From positions 868,001-932,000 of the forward strand of contig OZ237735.1 of NCBI GenBank assembly GCA_965178125.1: a stretch of DNA of 64,000 nt. The letters run 5' to 3'. This stretch comes from Bilabrum cf. latius. Taxonomy: Eukaryota. Below the pieces are notes generated by a model. That model saw only the letters and a program-made list of their open reading frames with translations. It was not told the DNA's origin and did not search any database. The position numbers and the translations under genes are program-made. Shown here in pieces: positions 1 through 10,900 of this stretch; the stretch's first letter is position 1; each line of letters opens with the position of its first letter.

Positions 1-74
1 AGGCTCAAGTTTTGGCCTCACAGGCCTATCTGCTCTTCTACAGACGCGTGGACCCAAAATCGCCAAAAGATTGA
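1..74 (+). CDS. 3' end of a ubiquitin-specific protease (USP/peptidase C19), partial
   Basis: Frame from base 3 reads AQVLASQAYLLFYRRVDPKSPKD then TGA (72-74). AYLLFYxR is the typical C-terminal motif of the USP catalytic domain. Only 23 codons are visible. Confidence 0.7.
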   Translation, partial: AQVLASQAYLLFYRRVDPKSPKD

Positions 75-196
75 TGGCGGCAGGGCGTGGAGAGGTCTGG
101 TATCGCATCAATCGACAGGCAGCTCTTAGTAAAGCGGTTTCATATTTGGGCTCGGCTGCTGGTGTTCCTTCTTCCGGTTTGAGTTGATGCACGCAA

Positions 197-2350
197 ATGG
201 TATCACACGACGATTTGACTGCGACTATGGATGATAGCACCGACAGAAGCGCCAAAATAACAAAGTTCTTCAACAACTTGACTGCTTCAGTTGACGCTCA
301 GGTCGTGCAAACGCTGGAGAGAGGCAACGAACTGCAGGCAACACGGCAGATTGATTAGGGCACGGTAGTATTCACTGAAGGACCAATTGCTGCGCACCAA
401 CACCAGGCTAATTCGTGGTCTGTGTAGTGCTGTAAACTGTGCTTGGGCCCACTGGGATCCGCAGCATCGCAGGTGCGTCAGGCTTGCAGTGTAACGGGCC
501 CGGCAGACTTAATCACGTCGCTTGGGGCCATAGTTGATAAAGATGCAGCTGCTACTGGCACCTCGGATAGCGAGGAAGAAGACGAAGTATGTGGGTTCTG
601 CATTAGCGCGTAGGATGCAGAGCTTGCAGTCGAAGAGGCACAATCGGCGGTACGCTAGGCTGCAACAGAAGCTGAACATGATGCGACCGGGATTCCTGCA
701 GCTGCAAGTGGGAGCTCCGAATCTCCACCAGTTGCATTCGCTCCAATCGATCTGAAAGTAGCTGTTAGTGCGTGCACTTGGCCCTGCGTGACGTCCGACT
801 CGTCTGGTTACTGGCAATTCTGCAGCCAGAGCTGTCGCGATGAAGCCATGCGTTCGATGCTGTTCGTTTTGGACTACGATTTTATGTAGGACGTGGCAGC
901 GGGATCAGCCGCGCTAATTCTCGATTCAAGCAGTCACAGTGTGGTTTGCGGTGTTGGTGCAGGCCGGATGGGTGGGCACGAGGCAAGCACAGTAGCAGCA
1001 GCAGCAGCGGGGGGTGCCGGCGAGAGCACCGATGAACTAGTAGTCCGCGCAGACCCAGAATCTGGAAGCTCACCTTCGGTAGCAACAAGCGCAAGCGACC
1101 TCACTAAATTCGATGGATCTATGGGATCGGCTGCGCTAAGTGGGGCCCGGCTTGTCGTCGCACGGGCCGCAGTCGGGGAGGGCAGCGAGGCGGTTGCGGA
1201 GGCAGCCGATGAGCTGGATGACATGCAGCGGGAGGTGATGGAATCCGCAGGGATGGCAGCTAGATGCTACTCACACATGTTAGCACTTTTGTGCGACTCG
1301 GTTGATGCCGCCGCCGCCGCAGCAGCAGCAGCAGCAGATCTGGTCTCACCAGCGAAAGACATTTCGATCAAGAGCCAGGGCGAGCGACCCGACAGCACCG
1401 CCAGCATCGCCGAATCATCGGGTTGCGCCGGAAAATCAGGAGCAGGAGCAGCCAGCGCGCTCGCAATTGTATCAAAATGCCTACTAGAAGCAGCTGCGCC
1501 GCTGCAAGACCATCTCCACGGTACCGCTATCGAGACTGTCATGAGCTGGCAGTGGCAGACCGAGGACGCCGATGCCGCACCAGCGGCCTCGAAAAGCGCA
1601 GCCGTGCGTGATGGATTGCATGAAGAATCACCGGATACGATGCAGCTATGCGATATCCTGTCTCGAGCGTTCTTGCCGCTTTTCTTGGCCGCATTTAGGG
1701 TGCTGCCACTATCGTCAGGAGCAGATGTGCAAACGGCCACGAAGCAGCTAGTCGAGGAGCGTTTCTTTTCTCCGCCCGCGGTGTCTCGGCTGCTCGGGGT
1801 GCTTGAACTTAACGGGATCGAGGTGGCAATCGATACTCCAGGAGCACTCGTCGGCAGAATGGTTCTGACCGGGGCGGCACGAGGGGGGAAATCTTGCCGA
1901 GTTCTGCATGAAGCGCTCGAGAGGACGGATGGGGCGCGCCAGGTGCTTGGAGCAAGCGCTAGCCCCGAAGGCGAAGCGCCGAGCGGGCATTCAGGCATGG
2001 CACCCAGATCAGTACCACCAGTCCGTGGCGTTGCTCTGTACTCTCTCGTCTCCCTGATGAATCATTCGTGCGAGCCTTGCGCAGTGGTGGATTACCCGCA
2101 CGGCAACTTCACGGCTGAGGTGAGGGCCACACGAAGTATCCGCCCCGGGTCACCGATCACGATCGCCTATGACTCAGCTGAAGGGGGTTGTTCTGCCAGA
2201 AGAAGGGCATTGCTTAGGTACGGGTTTGTGTGCCAGTGCAGTGCCTGCCTCAGGGAAGAAGCAGGGCCGGGTGCCGACAGCGATCTGACAGCTCGTGTGA
2301 GTCGCACAGCAGGGAATGGGCCGGCCACGGCAAGCTCGGGAGGAATGTAA
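197..2350 (+). CDS. SMYD-family lysine methyltransferase (split SET domain, MYND-type zinc finger, Cys-rich post-SET), 717 aa with TAG read as sense
   Basis: First ATG after in-frame TGA (185) is at 197. N-SET-like RGNELQATRQID*GTVVFTEGPIAA, zinc-finger halves CCKLC and FCSQSCR, SET motif LYSLVSLMNHSCEP...ATRSIRPGSPITIAY, post-SET YGFVCQCSAC. In-frame TAG at 356, 425, 611, 656, 887; ends TAA 2348-2350. The supplied 893..2350 ORF is only the part after the last TAG. Confidence 0.88.
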
Positions 2351-2594
2351 CCCAACGCAGCAACCTTTTTGCTGCTTGAACCAATGCAGTGCTTGGATTC
2401 TAATCCAATGTTTGCGCATTTAAAATCAAATCCGATCATGGCACACAACAATCTAAGGAAGGTAGTACTCGCCAAGTACTTTGAGCTAGATCTACCCCAC
2501 CCCGGGCAGCTGCTTGCACGCAGTCCATCCTATTCAGCATCTTTGTGTCATCAAGACAGCTAGGGGTGCCCGCCCTGCCACAACCTTCTTTCAG

Positions 2595-4262
2595 TTATTG
2601 AGACAGCGTGGCCGTGAGAAACTCGATTTCCTCTGCGGTATCTGCGTTGCTGTACGGGAAGAGGGCAGTCGCACCTGGGTGTCGCTGTCGAAATCGTCTC
2701 CGCACACTACCCGCGGCCAGCACCCTGGACCTACTTGAGGCTGCCTAGGAGACTGTCTGCTGCAGACCTCCACTGGCGGCCGAAATCGATCGTTTGAGCT
2801 TGACGATCGCATCTCGCGCCGACGTGGCAGGTTCCGTCGGAGACCCGGATGTGGCGCGCAGGCGTTGGGCCACCAACCCAGCGGCCACTACATCGGGGAG
2901 CACACCGCTCGCGGCCAGATCCACAAGCTCGTCGATGGTAGCGCTGCTGAAGGCTGCAGCTCCAGCTGCGGCCTAACGACTGCCGATCGCTTTACGATTC
3001 AGATGCTAGTGCCCATTGCTGCTTGGCCGTCTTCTCTGCTGCTCCATGGCGATCGATGCAGGGACAGGGCCAGCTAGGGTTGTTCGAAACGCACGATTGC
3101 TCCGTCGAGACGCACGCGTACTCCATACTGGAAATCTCGATCTAACGGCTGCAGAGGCCCCGCCGTTACTGGGCTGCGAGTGGTGGGAGGCGCGGCTCGT
3201 CTCAGCTGGCAGCGGCAGCGGGGGGAGCATGTGGTCAAACCGCGAATGGCTGCCACTAGGACACGTGAATGCGGCGTGATCGACATCCTAGGAACCCTTG
3301 CGCGATCGTGCCCGGGTCGACAACTCCTCTGCATCGCCCTCTGCCTCCCCACCACCACTCCTAGCCTCGCTGCGACTCACATCGAGATCGAGCAGCAGCG
3401 AGCGGCTGGGCGGTCTGCCCGATGACACCCCAGGCAGTGGCTTTGCCCAGCAGTTACCCGTAGAATTTGGCGAATACATACTCATGGGGCTCTTGGAGTC
3501 GCTGTGGACATGCTGGACTTCGCTTGGCGATTGCGCTGTCGCTCGCGATAGGCCAAGGCTAGCATCAAACCCGCTGGAAAGGTCGGTATTCAAGCTCGAT
3601 CCCGGCAGAGGCCGCCTTATTTCTAGTCGAGCGACGAGTGGTTGTACCGGTACGTGCGGCACCTTCCGACGACCTAACCCTATTTTTTCGGAATGGGATA
3701 GGTCAGCTGTCGAGGATCTGTCGTCGCCCGCTTGATCAACAACACTTGATCCGTCCGGCATGACCTTCCGCTTTGGCCATCTACGGTACGTAACAGGGCC
3801 CTTCGAATACCCTAAGACAGGCTTTCGTCGCAACTCAGGTGTGAATGCCCTCACGCTTGGGCGCAGGAGCCTAACCGCTGGGCTCTAATCCAATGGGCTT
3901 GGTCCATGCATTGGTGGCAAAATCCCAACGGGGGAAGCATCGGATCCTATGCCGATTTTCCGAATTGGAGACGTCCTCACCAGAAAGTGATCAGATCTCA
4001 GCGGTGGTGGATGTCCGAAGGCGCTCGAGGTCGTGTAGATAGGACCAGGAGATGAAGAGCCTCTCGAGTGCAAGTTGGCGTGGTCCTTGCTAATGAAACG
4101 GTCTGCAGCATAGAGTTTAGATACTTGGAGCGCGAAAGGGCTGACACCTAAGGCGGAATCTGGAAAGGGAGTAGTCTAGAGACCAGAGAGACTCACTCGG
4201 TTGATCAGAGTCGAAACGCTGCCCGCTGGGAGAAAACCGCACGGATCGGGCCGGCTGTCCAT
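2595..4262 (-). CDS. hypothetical Ser/Arg/Pro-rich, probably disordered protein, 555 aa with TAG read as sense
   Basis: ORF pieces 4176..4448, 3885..4073, 3288..3854 and 3006..3230 share one frame and are separated only by TAG (4176, 3885, 3288, 3006, then 2973, 2745). The frame closes at TAA 2595-2597 (...EEIEFLTATLSQ). Start taken as ATG at 4262 (MDSRPDPCG), next to an A-rich tract. No recognisable domain. Confidence 0.65.
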
Positions 4263-4730
4263 GCATGTTGACAGAAAACTTGGTATAAGTTCGTGATAGG
4301 CTTCTTGATTGGGAGCAAAACGAAATACAAAAAAAAGAGGTTGATTTGGCACGCAACAATTGAGACAAAACGAGCCAGGAGCTACACGCCTTCTTGTAGT
4401 CAGGCGCTGGCTACATTTTGGCAAGACAATGATGGCAACATTTGACACCGAGGAATAGCCTGCTAGGACAATTGTAGTGCAATCTCGCTCGGCTGTGCCA
4501 TGGTATTGGCCACGTCACGGCCCTCCCACACAAGGTCCCCTGCGGCCGCTGGCTTTATTGCTTGAACCCGAAGCCGTGATCTTCACAATAAGAGAGCAGC
4601 GATTCGCCCGCCTCTTCCATAAGGCTGCCCCCTCGCCGATTAGCTGCAAACCGCTATACTAGCACTCGTGTGGCAGAGGCACATATTCCTCCATCTGCGC
4701 ACTGGCAGCTCAGTCTAGACTGACGACCCC

Positions 4731-5582
4731 TCAAGATTGCAGTCCTCGCTATGCAGTGATACAGTGCACATCTATCCAGGGAATCCGTGATTCCTCCGAG
4801 GCAATCCCCAGTTCGCGCACCGCTGCCTCTGTTGACTCTGCGTCGGCAGTCGAGGGGAGTCGCAGGGACGGAGAGCAGCTGCTCAGGCATCGGGCAGCAT
4901 GCAAAGGCGAAATGCCGGCGTCGAATGCTCGCTATCGAAATTTTCGGTGCATCATGGGAGAAAATCCGCGTTTCGCCAGGCCGTTCCCGAGGCTCCCGTA
5001 GAGGGCATCCAAAAACTTGGTGGGCTCCAGCGCGAGCTCCGAGTCTCCTGTATCGCTGTCCAGCTGGGGGTGAATTGCCCCGACAGAAAATGAATCTGAG
5101 TCAGGTGGGAGCCTTGCCTGCAGCAGGCAAACGCTGCCCACTTCCTAATCCACTGCACCAGCTAAAGTCTCTGTGAGCATGTCGCTATAGTGCGCAGGTT
5201 GTAGCAACCTGAACGCCTGGGACACCACAGCAACATGATAGGGCTACCCGGTAGTTGATTCCCGCAAGTCTCGCAATAGCTGCTCTGCGGAGCATGAAAG
5301 CGTATCACCCACTGACGTGCATTCCACCGAATCACCAATTTCTCGCTTGATTGCCCAATGTAGCGTTCCTGATCCGGGTCCTACTGTGATTACACGCGGA
5401 AGCCCCCCTTGGGAAACTATCCCATTGTTTTGTCCTGGAAGCAGGGCAAACCTACGCAGCATAGCTCGAACCGGGCTTGCCCCCCATTCGATCTGAACAG
5501 TAGTCGAGGTGCTCGTCGATTTCGATCTGATTAGCCGCCGCGTCACGGATTGACAAGAATGTGATCTAAAACGGCCAATCAT
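4731..5582 (-). CDS. class I SAM-dependent methyltransferase-like protein, 283 aa with TAG read as sense; possible mitochondrial presequence
   Basis: ORFs 5244..5582 and 4932..5141 are in frame. TAG at 5244, 5145, 4932, 4749; ends TGA 4731-4733. Motif I-like VITVGPGSGTL, then SAE, then YHVAVVSQAFRLL (like FDLVxVAQAFHW) just after the first TAG, then GSVCLL. N-terminus is Arg/Ser/Thr-rich and lacks acidic residues. Confidence 0.6.
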
Positions 5583-5775
5583 GAGCTGAAATGAGACGTG
5601 ATCACTGCAGGTGGTCGCCTAAGGGAATAACTTTGCTGCGGCAGAATGTAGGGTGATGTTATCGGTATCGTTTTAGCTCCGGATTTTCTGTACCCAACTG
5701 TTCCAAAATGTTTGCAACGGCAATACTATCCATCTGTGAAGGTCGTGTCAATTATTTCTTTGCCAAGCAGTCGAC
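5583..5775. promoter_or_regulatory. short divergent intergenic region, probable bidirectional promoter
   Basis: 193 bp between the head-to-head ATGs at 5582 (-) and 5776 (+), more AT-rich than the flanking CDS. No specific element identified. Confidence 0.35.
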
Positions 5776-7788
5776 ATGGATGATAATGGGACGAATATGA
5801 GAGAAATTGAGCTGGAAGAATAGCCGTCTAGCTCGATTCGGTCAGATGCAAAGTCAGCTTCGGGCAATGTCGCACAAGCCGGTGAATCAATTGCAAGCAA
5901 ATCCGAGTCTGAAAAAGGTGCGTCGATTGATTCAGCTGGAGCCCCGAGGGCTTAGGGATCGGGAGTTTACGATGAAGAAGGCCGCGAGCTGATAGTAGAA
6001 GAGAGCAGTTCACCTGATGACCTCGAATAGGAAGACCTGCCAGAAACTTTGCGCGGAGAACCTGAGTGCGCATGTGGCGTGAAGTATGCCACGAAAGGGT
6101 ATCACTTAATGTTCTATCCGTTCGTCCACTACGTGAACGACTATCCGCAGCTGATCAAGGAGTGCCTTGCCGGGCTCTCTGTCGCCTTTGCGCAACTCAG
6201 CGATTCGATCGCTTTCTCTTTCATTGCTGGGGTGCCACCTGAGCAGGGCCTTCATGCTGCGTGGATCATTGGCTTAACAATGGGACTGCTGGGGTCGCGG
6301 CCAGGCATGATCAACGGGGCGACGGGCGTGCGAGCAGCGGTCATCGCACCGTATGTGGAGCAATACGGGGTCAGCTTTCTCTTCTACATCGTGGTGGCTA
6401 TCTCGATTTTCCAGTTTCTAGCTTCGTTCTTATCGCTGGCAAGGCTGGTCCGAATGGTGCCTCGTACCGTCATGGTCGGCTTCGTGTGCGGGCTTGCCAT
6501 CATCCTGGCGCTGGGGCAGCAGCTCGCGTTCAAGTACCCCGGGGAGGACAGGTGGAGGGACACGACGACCAGCCTCTGGATGCTGTTCGTGGCGACTTGT
6601 ACAGTTCTTGCTGCGGTGTTCGTGCCGATGATTCCGTATGCAGGCAAGGTCTTCCCGCCCTCCATGTGGGGAATTATCGCTGCCGTGGTGGTCGAGTTCG
6701 GCATAGTGCGCACGAGCGGGTACAGCACGCCCGCCATCGGAGATGTCGCGGACGCAGGCGGCAGCCTGCCAACTTTGTTCTTCCTGGACGATCGTTACGA
6801 CATCCCTCCCCTCAACTGGGAAGCCGTGCAGCAAGCAATCGTGCCTGCCTTTCTGGCTGCAGCCGCCGGAATGGTCGAAGCTGTCATGACCATGGAAGTG
6901 GTAAACGATCTAACGGAGACGGACAACCCGTATCCGGACCAGCAGCTGCTGTCACTTGGTATCGGCAACTTCCTGGCCGGGATGCTGGGAACAATGGGCG
7001 GGGGTGCAACCATCGGTCCCAGCATCATCAACTGCACCAACGGTGCCAATGGGCAGTACCGCCTGTCAGCCATTGTAGCTGCCGTGTTCATGCTCGTGAT
7101 CATCCTGGCGGCGAGCCCGCTCATTTCTGTGATTCCCACGGCGTCTTTGGTCGGCATTATGGCGGTGGTCTGCTTCCACACGTTCGAGTGGAGCGCGATT
7201 CCGGTGGTATTCTTCTCTCTCCTGCCGCAATCGTGGCGGGAGCACGAGTGGCTCGGAGGTCACGGGGTCAGGAAGATCAACAGGATGGAAGCAGTCGTCA
7301 TCATTGTCGTGACGGCGGTAACCGTCATCGCAGATCTATTCACCGCGGTGGCCGTAGGGGTTGCACTCACGGCTTGCGAGTACGCCTGGAGGGAAGGAGC
7401 CAGCCTCGCGGTTACCTCCAGGAAGGTCAGGGACGCCGATGGCAAGGTAGTCAGAGTGTACAGGCTGAATGGCCCGCTCTTCTTTGCATCAGCTATGGGG
7501 TTCATCAAGAAATTCGATCCGAAGCGGGACCCGGACGAAGTAGAGGTGCACTTTTAGGAGTCGCAGCTGCACGACTACTCTGGCATGCACGCGTTGAACG
7601 TGATCGGGGAGAAGTACAGGAAAGAAAAAAAGCACGTTCGCGTCCGTCACCTGTGCATACAGAGTGAGAGAAGGCTGCGAAAGGCCGATGCACTCGCGGA
7701 ATTTTTTTCGTACAAGCCCGAAGGAGTTGCTGAGGAGCTGTAGGACCCGGACCATCTCAACAGGGAGTCGACTAGCGTTCTTGTGTAA
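5776..7788 (+). CDS. SulP/SLC26 family anion transporter with C-terminal STAS domain, 670 aa with TAG read as sense
   Basis: ATG 5776, acidic N-terminal extension with TAG at 5821, 5953, 6028. SulP motifs LAGLSVAFAQL, AFSFIAGVPPEQGL, GSRPGMINGATG, VMVGFVCGLAI, QQLLSLGIGN...MGGGATIGPSIIN. STAS YRLNGPLFFASA...EVEVHF*ESQLHDYSGMHALNVIGEKY runs straight through TAG 7555; a further TAG at 7741; ends TAA 7786-7788. Confidence 0.93.
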
Positions 7789-7868
7789 GGTTGGTAAGAT
7801 TGCTAGGAGTGACTATTTATATTAATCGGTGTGTTACTTTATGAAAAGATATGTGTTAATGAATTCAA

Positions 7869-7888
7869 TGCATGCATGCATGCATGCA
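7869..7888. repeat. (TGCA)5 palindromic microsatellite in the convergent 3' intergenic region
   Basis: tgcatgcatgcatgcatgca read directly; lies in the AT-rich 187 bp between the SulP stop (7788) and the giant-gene stop (7976). Confidence 0.85.
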
Positions 7889-7975
7889 AAAATTGCAGTG
7901 CATTGCCTTGTGCCCACTTCTGCCTGGAACAAGGCCAAGCCGCACTCCTTAGTGAAGCACCCGTCTACTTGCTCT

Positions 7976-10900
7976 TTAGGTGTGTGCAGCGCCCTCAATC
8001 GCAATGACTTTCCACTGGTAGTCGCTGTTGACTTCAACGGTCCCTCCCAGAGCCATCGCTTGAACGTAAACATCACCATTGGCCAACGCGTGGGTCTAGC
8101 CAAACACGATGCCACCACCACTCGAATCGTACCGAGCTGAGGTTGCGGCTGCCGGGGCTTCCGCTAGCGTGAGCAGAATGATGGTAGCATCAGATGTCGT
8201 GAACGAAGTGCCATCCCACGAGATCGTGAGGCCGATCATCGCCATCTCGCCGTCTCGCACCTCCACCGTCGCGTCCGGGATTGCATCCCCTGTGGCGTAC
8301 TTGGTGACACCATAGTACGATGTGCCCACCTTGTGGAGTGAAACCATTTTACTCCCTCCAACGACCAGGTCGATGTGCCCACCGCTGGCTTCCACAGAGA
8401 CATCGTCTCCCTCGACGGAGACATCTCCAGTTGTGGTGATTTGAACACCACCTGATCCGCTTGTTATGTAGTGCGCCCCCGTCCCAGAGATACTGCTTCT
8501 AATATCCCCGCTTGCCTGTATGCTCACATCCCCGCCTGCTGCCTGCACGAGCACGTCGTTGTTGCTCCCAGTCGACTTGAGCACCGCGTGGCCGCCAGTG
8601 GCCAGGGCACTGACCGTTCCGCTGGTCGACTCGAGCAGAACATCGCTAGCTCTCAGTACGAGCTCCGTATCAGCCACGACGCTAACGCTTCCAAAAGAAG
8701 CGCGAGCTATCACCGACCCAGCTGCGCTCTAGATCAGCGCATCATCCGTTGCAAGCAATCTGAGGTCGTCAGTCGACCGGATCGTAGCAGTCGTCTCAGC
8801 TTTGATATCGACAGTGCCGCCCGTAGACACCATGTTTAAGCCGCCCGGTGATTCAAGGTGCATTCGGTTGGTCCCGCCGGCAGCAACAATGCTGACATGA
8901 CCCGCGGCAGCCTACAAGTCGATATCACCTCCTGAAGCTGCCAACCGCAAATCATCAGATGCTGCAAGCGCGATCTTACTGCTCGCCACTATCGACGTAT
9001 CACCAGCCGACTGAAGAACTATCCTCTTGGATGCACCAGGTGCCGAAAGCTCTACGTTCCCTTCAGACGATTGCACAGTCATGTCTCCCTCCGAGTCGAG
9101 ACTCATCTCTAGAGAAGTGCCCACGCTGGAATCAACTGCCCGAAGAGCGATGCCAGAGACAGGGTCGACGTCAAGAGCAACAGATCCGTCCCCTTGCGAG
9201 ATTTCAACGGATCCTGCAGAGGCCGAGCTAGCGGCCGAAGCGCCTTGTATACGAACAGTTCCACCCGAATTCCCTGCACCATTTCCAGAGCCGCCAATTA
9301 GACTGACGGAACCCCCGTTCCCAGACGAAGCTGCCGGACTGGACCGAAGAAGTAGGCCGGACCCACCACCACTAGATACCGTGACCGACGAACCCGACTG
9401 CAGAGAAACGATACCTGCAGATTCTACCGCAAACGTTGACGTAGTATCAACTGTAACCGCGCCAGACGCATCGATGTCCAGCGCGTCGCTCACCATACTC
9501 ACCATGCCGTCCGACACAAGGAACATGTCCTTGTTGTTGTCCGTCAGCAGGCTCATGTCTCCACTGGTGGCCTTCAGCGCCATGCCACTGGCGCCCACCA
9601 TGGCCACGGTGCTGTCCCCATCCAGCGTCACCTCGCCAGACGCATCGATGTCCAGCGCGTCGCTCACCATACTCACCATGCCGTCCGACACAAGGAACAT
9701 GTCCTTGTTATTGCCCGTCAGCAGGCTCATGTCTCCACTGGTGGCCTTCAGCGCCATGCCACTGGCGCCCACCATGGCCACGGTGCTGCCCCCATCCAGC
9801 GTCACCTCGCCAGACGCATCGATGTCCAGCGCCGCCGAGCTCAGGTCCATTTCGCCCGTGCTGGTCACGGCCACAGTGCTGTCCCCATCCAGCGTCACCT
9901 CGCCAGACGCATCGATGTCCAGCGCGTCGCTCACCATACTCACCATGCCGTCCGACACAAGGAACATGTCCTTGTTGTTGTCCGTCAGCAGGCTCATGTC
10001 TCCACTGGTGGCCTTCAGCGCCATGCCACTGGCGCCCACCATGGCCACAGTGCTGCCCCCATCCAGCGTCACCGTGCCAGACGCCTTTTGGTATAGACCA
10101 CTTGATGACATGATGGAGATTGATCCGGCAGCAGTACCGGTCCCAGTTGATAGAATTATGGCTCCTGATGCGGTAGTTCCACTTCCCGTCTGAATGTTTA
10201 TGTTCCCGCTGGCCCCGCTGCTTGCAGTTCCGGTTGCAAGTGAGACTGAGCCAGTTGGGCCTAGTGTGGACGCACCCGTTGACACTGAGACCGCACCTGA
10301 CGTAGCCGCCGGTCCAAGTGCCTGATGCGTCAAAATTGCGATTCCACCGCTTGTTCCAGTACTCCCAGATCTACCGCTGATGACCTAAACAGCCCCACCA
10401 TTTACTGCGGATGCCGTAGCAGCTCCAGCGTTAATCTCGATATTGGCGCCTACACCAGCTCCTGATGTGCCTGCAGCTAAAAGAACCTTGCCTGCTGCAC
10501 CCCCAGTCGTCGATCCAGTCATCAATGTGACCTGTCCAGACGTGCCCGACCCTGCAAGCCCGCTGCCCACTGTCACGCTCCCGCTCAGACCTGCCGTGGA
10601 CTTGCCAGTTACAACCGACACCGTGCCCGACGCTCCGTCAGACCCCACGCCATCCGCCGACCGCACCGTCACCAGCCCGCTCGTGGCCTCGCTGGCGCCC
10701 ACGCCAGATGCCACGGACACCAGCCCGCCCGTGCTGGACGTGTCCGTCGACTCACCGCCGAACACGTACACCGACCCGCCCACGCCCGATGACGCCTTCG
10801 AAGACGTCACTGACACAGACCCAGACGCGCCCAGCGAGGACTCGCCGGCCGACAGCACCAGCCATCCCACAGACCCGGACCCCACGTTCCCGGACTCCAC

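Noticed and set aside
988-1336. GCA/GCC triplet runs near 990-1010 and 1307-1336
   Set aside because: Ordinary poly-Ala tracts within low-complexity insertions of the SMYD protein.
6261-7667. 468-aa overlapping ORF in another frame of SulP, and other short overlapping ORFs in 0.5-10 kb
   Set aside because: Arg/Gly-rich off-frame or antisense products of GC-rich codon usage, with no motifs; fully explained by the called genes.
2348-7978. Ciliate-type code with both TAA and TAG as Gln
   Set aside because: No TAA occurs inside any inferred coding region, and four genes meet their first TAA at the expected end next to short intergenic gaps. Not formally excluded without genome-wide data.
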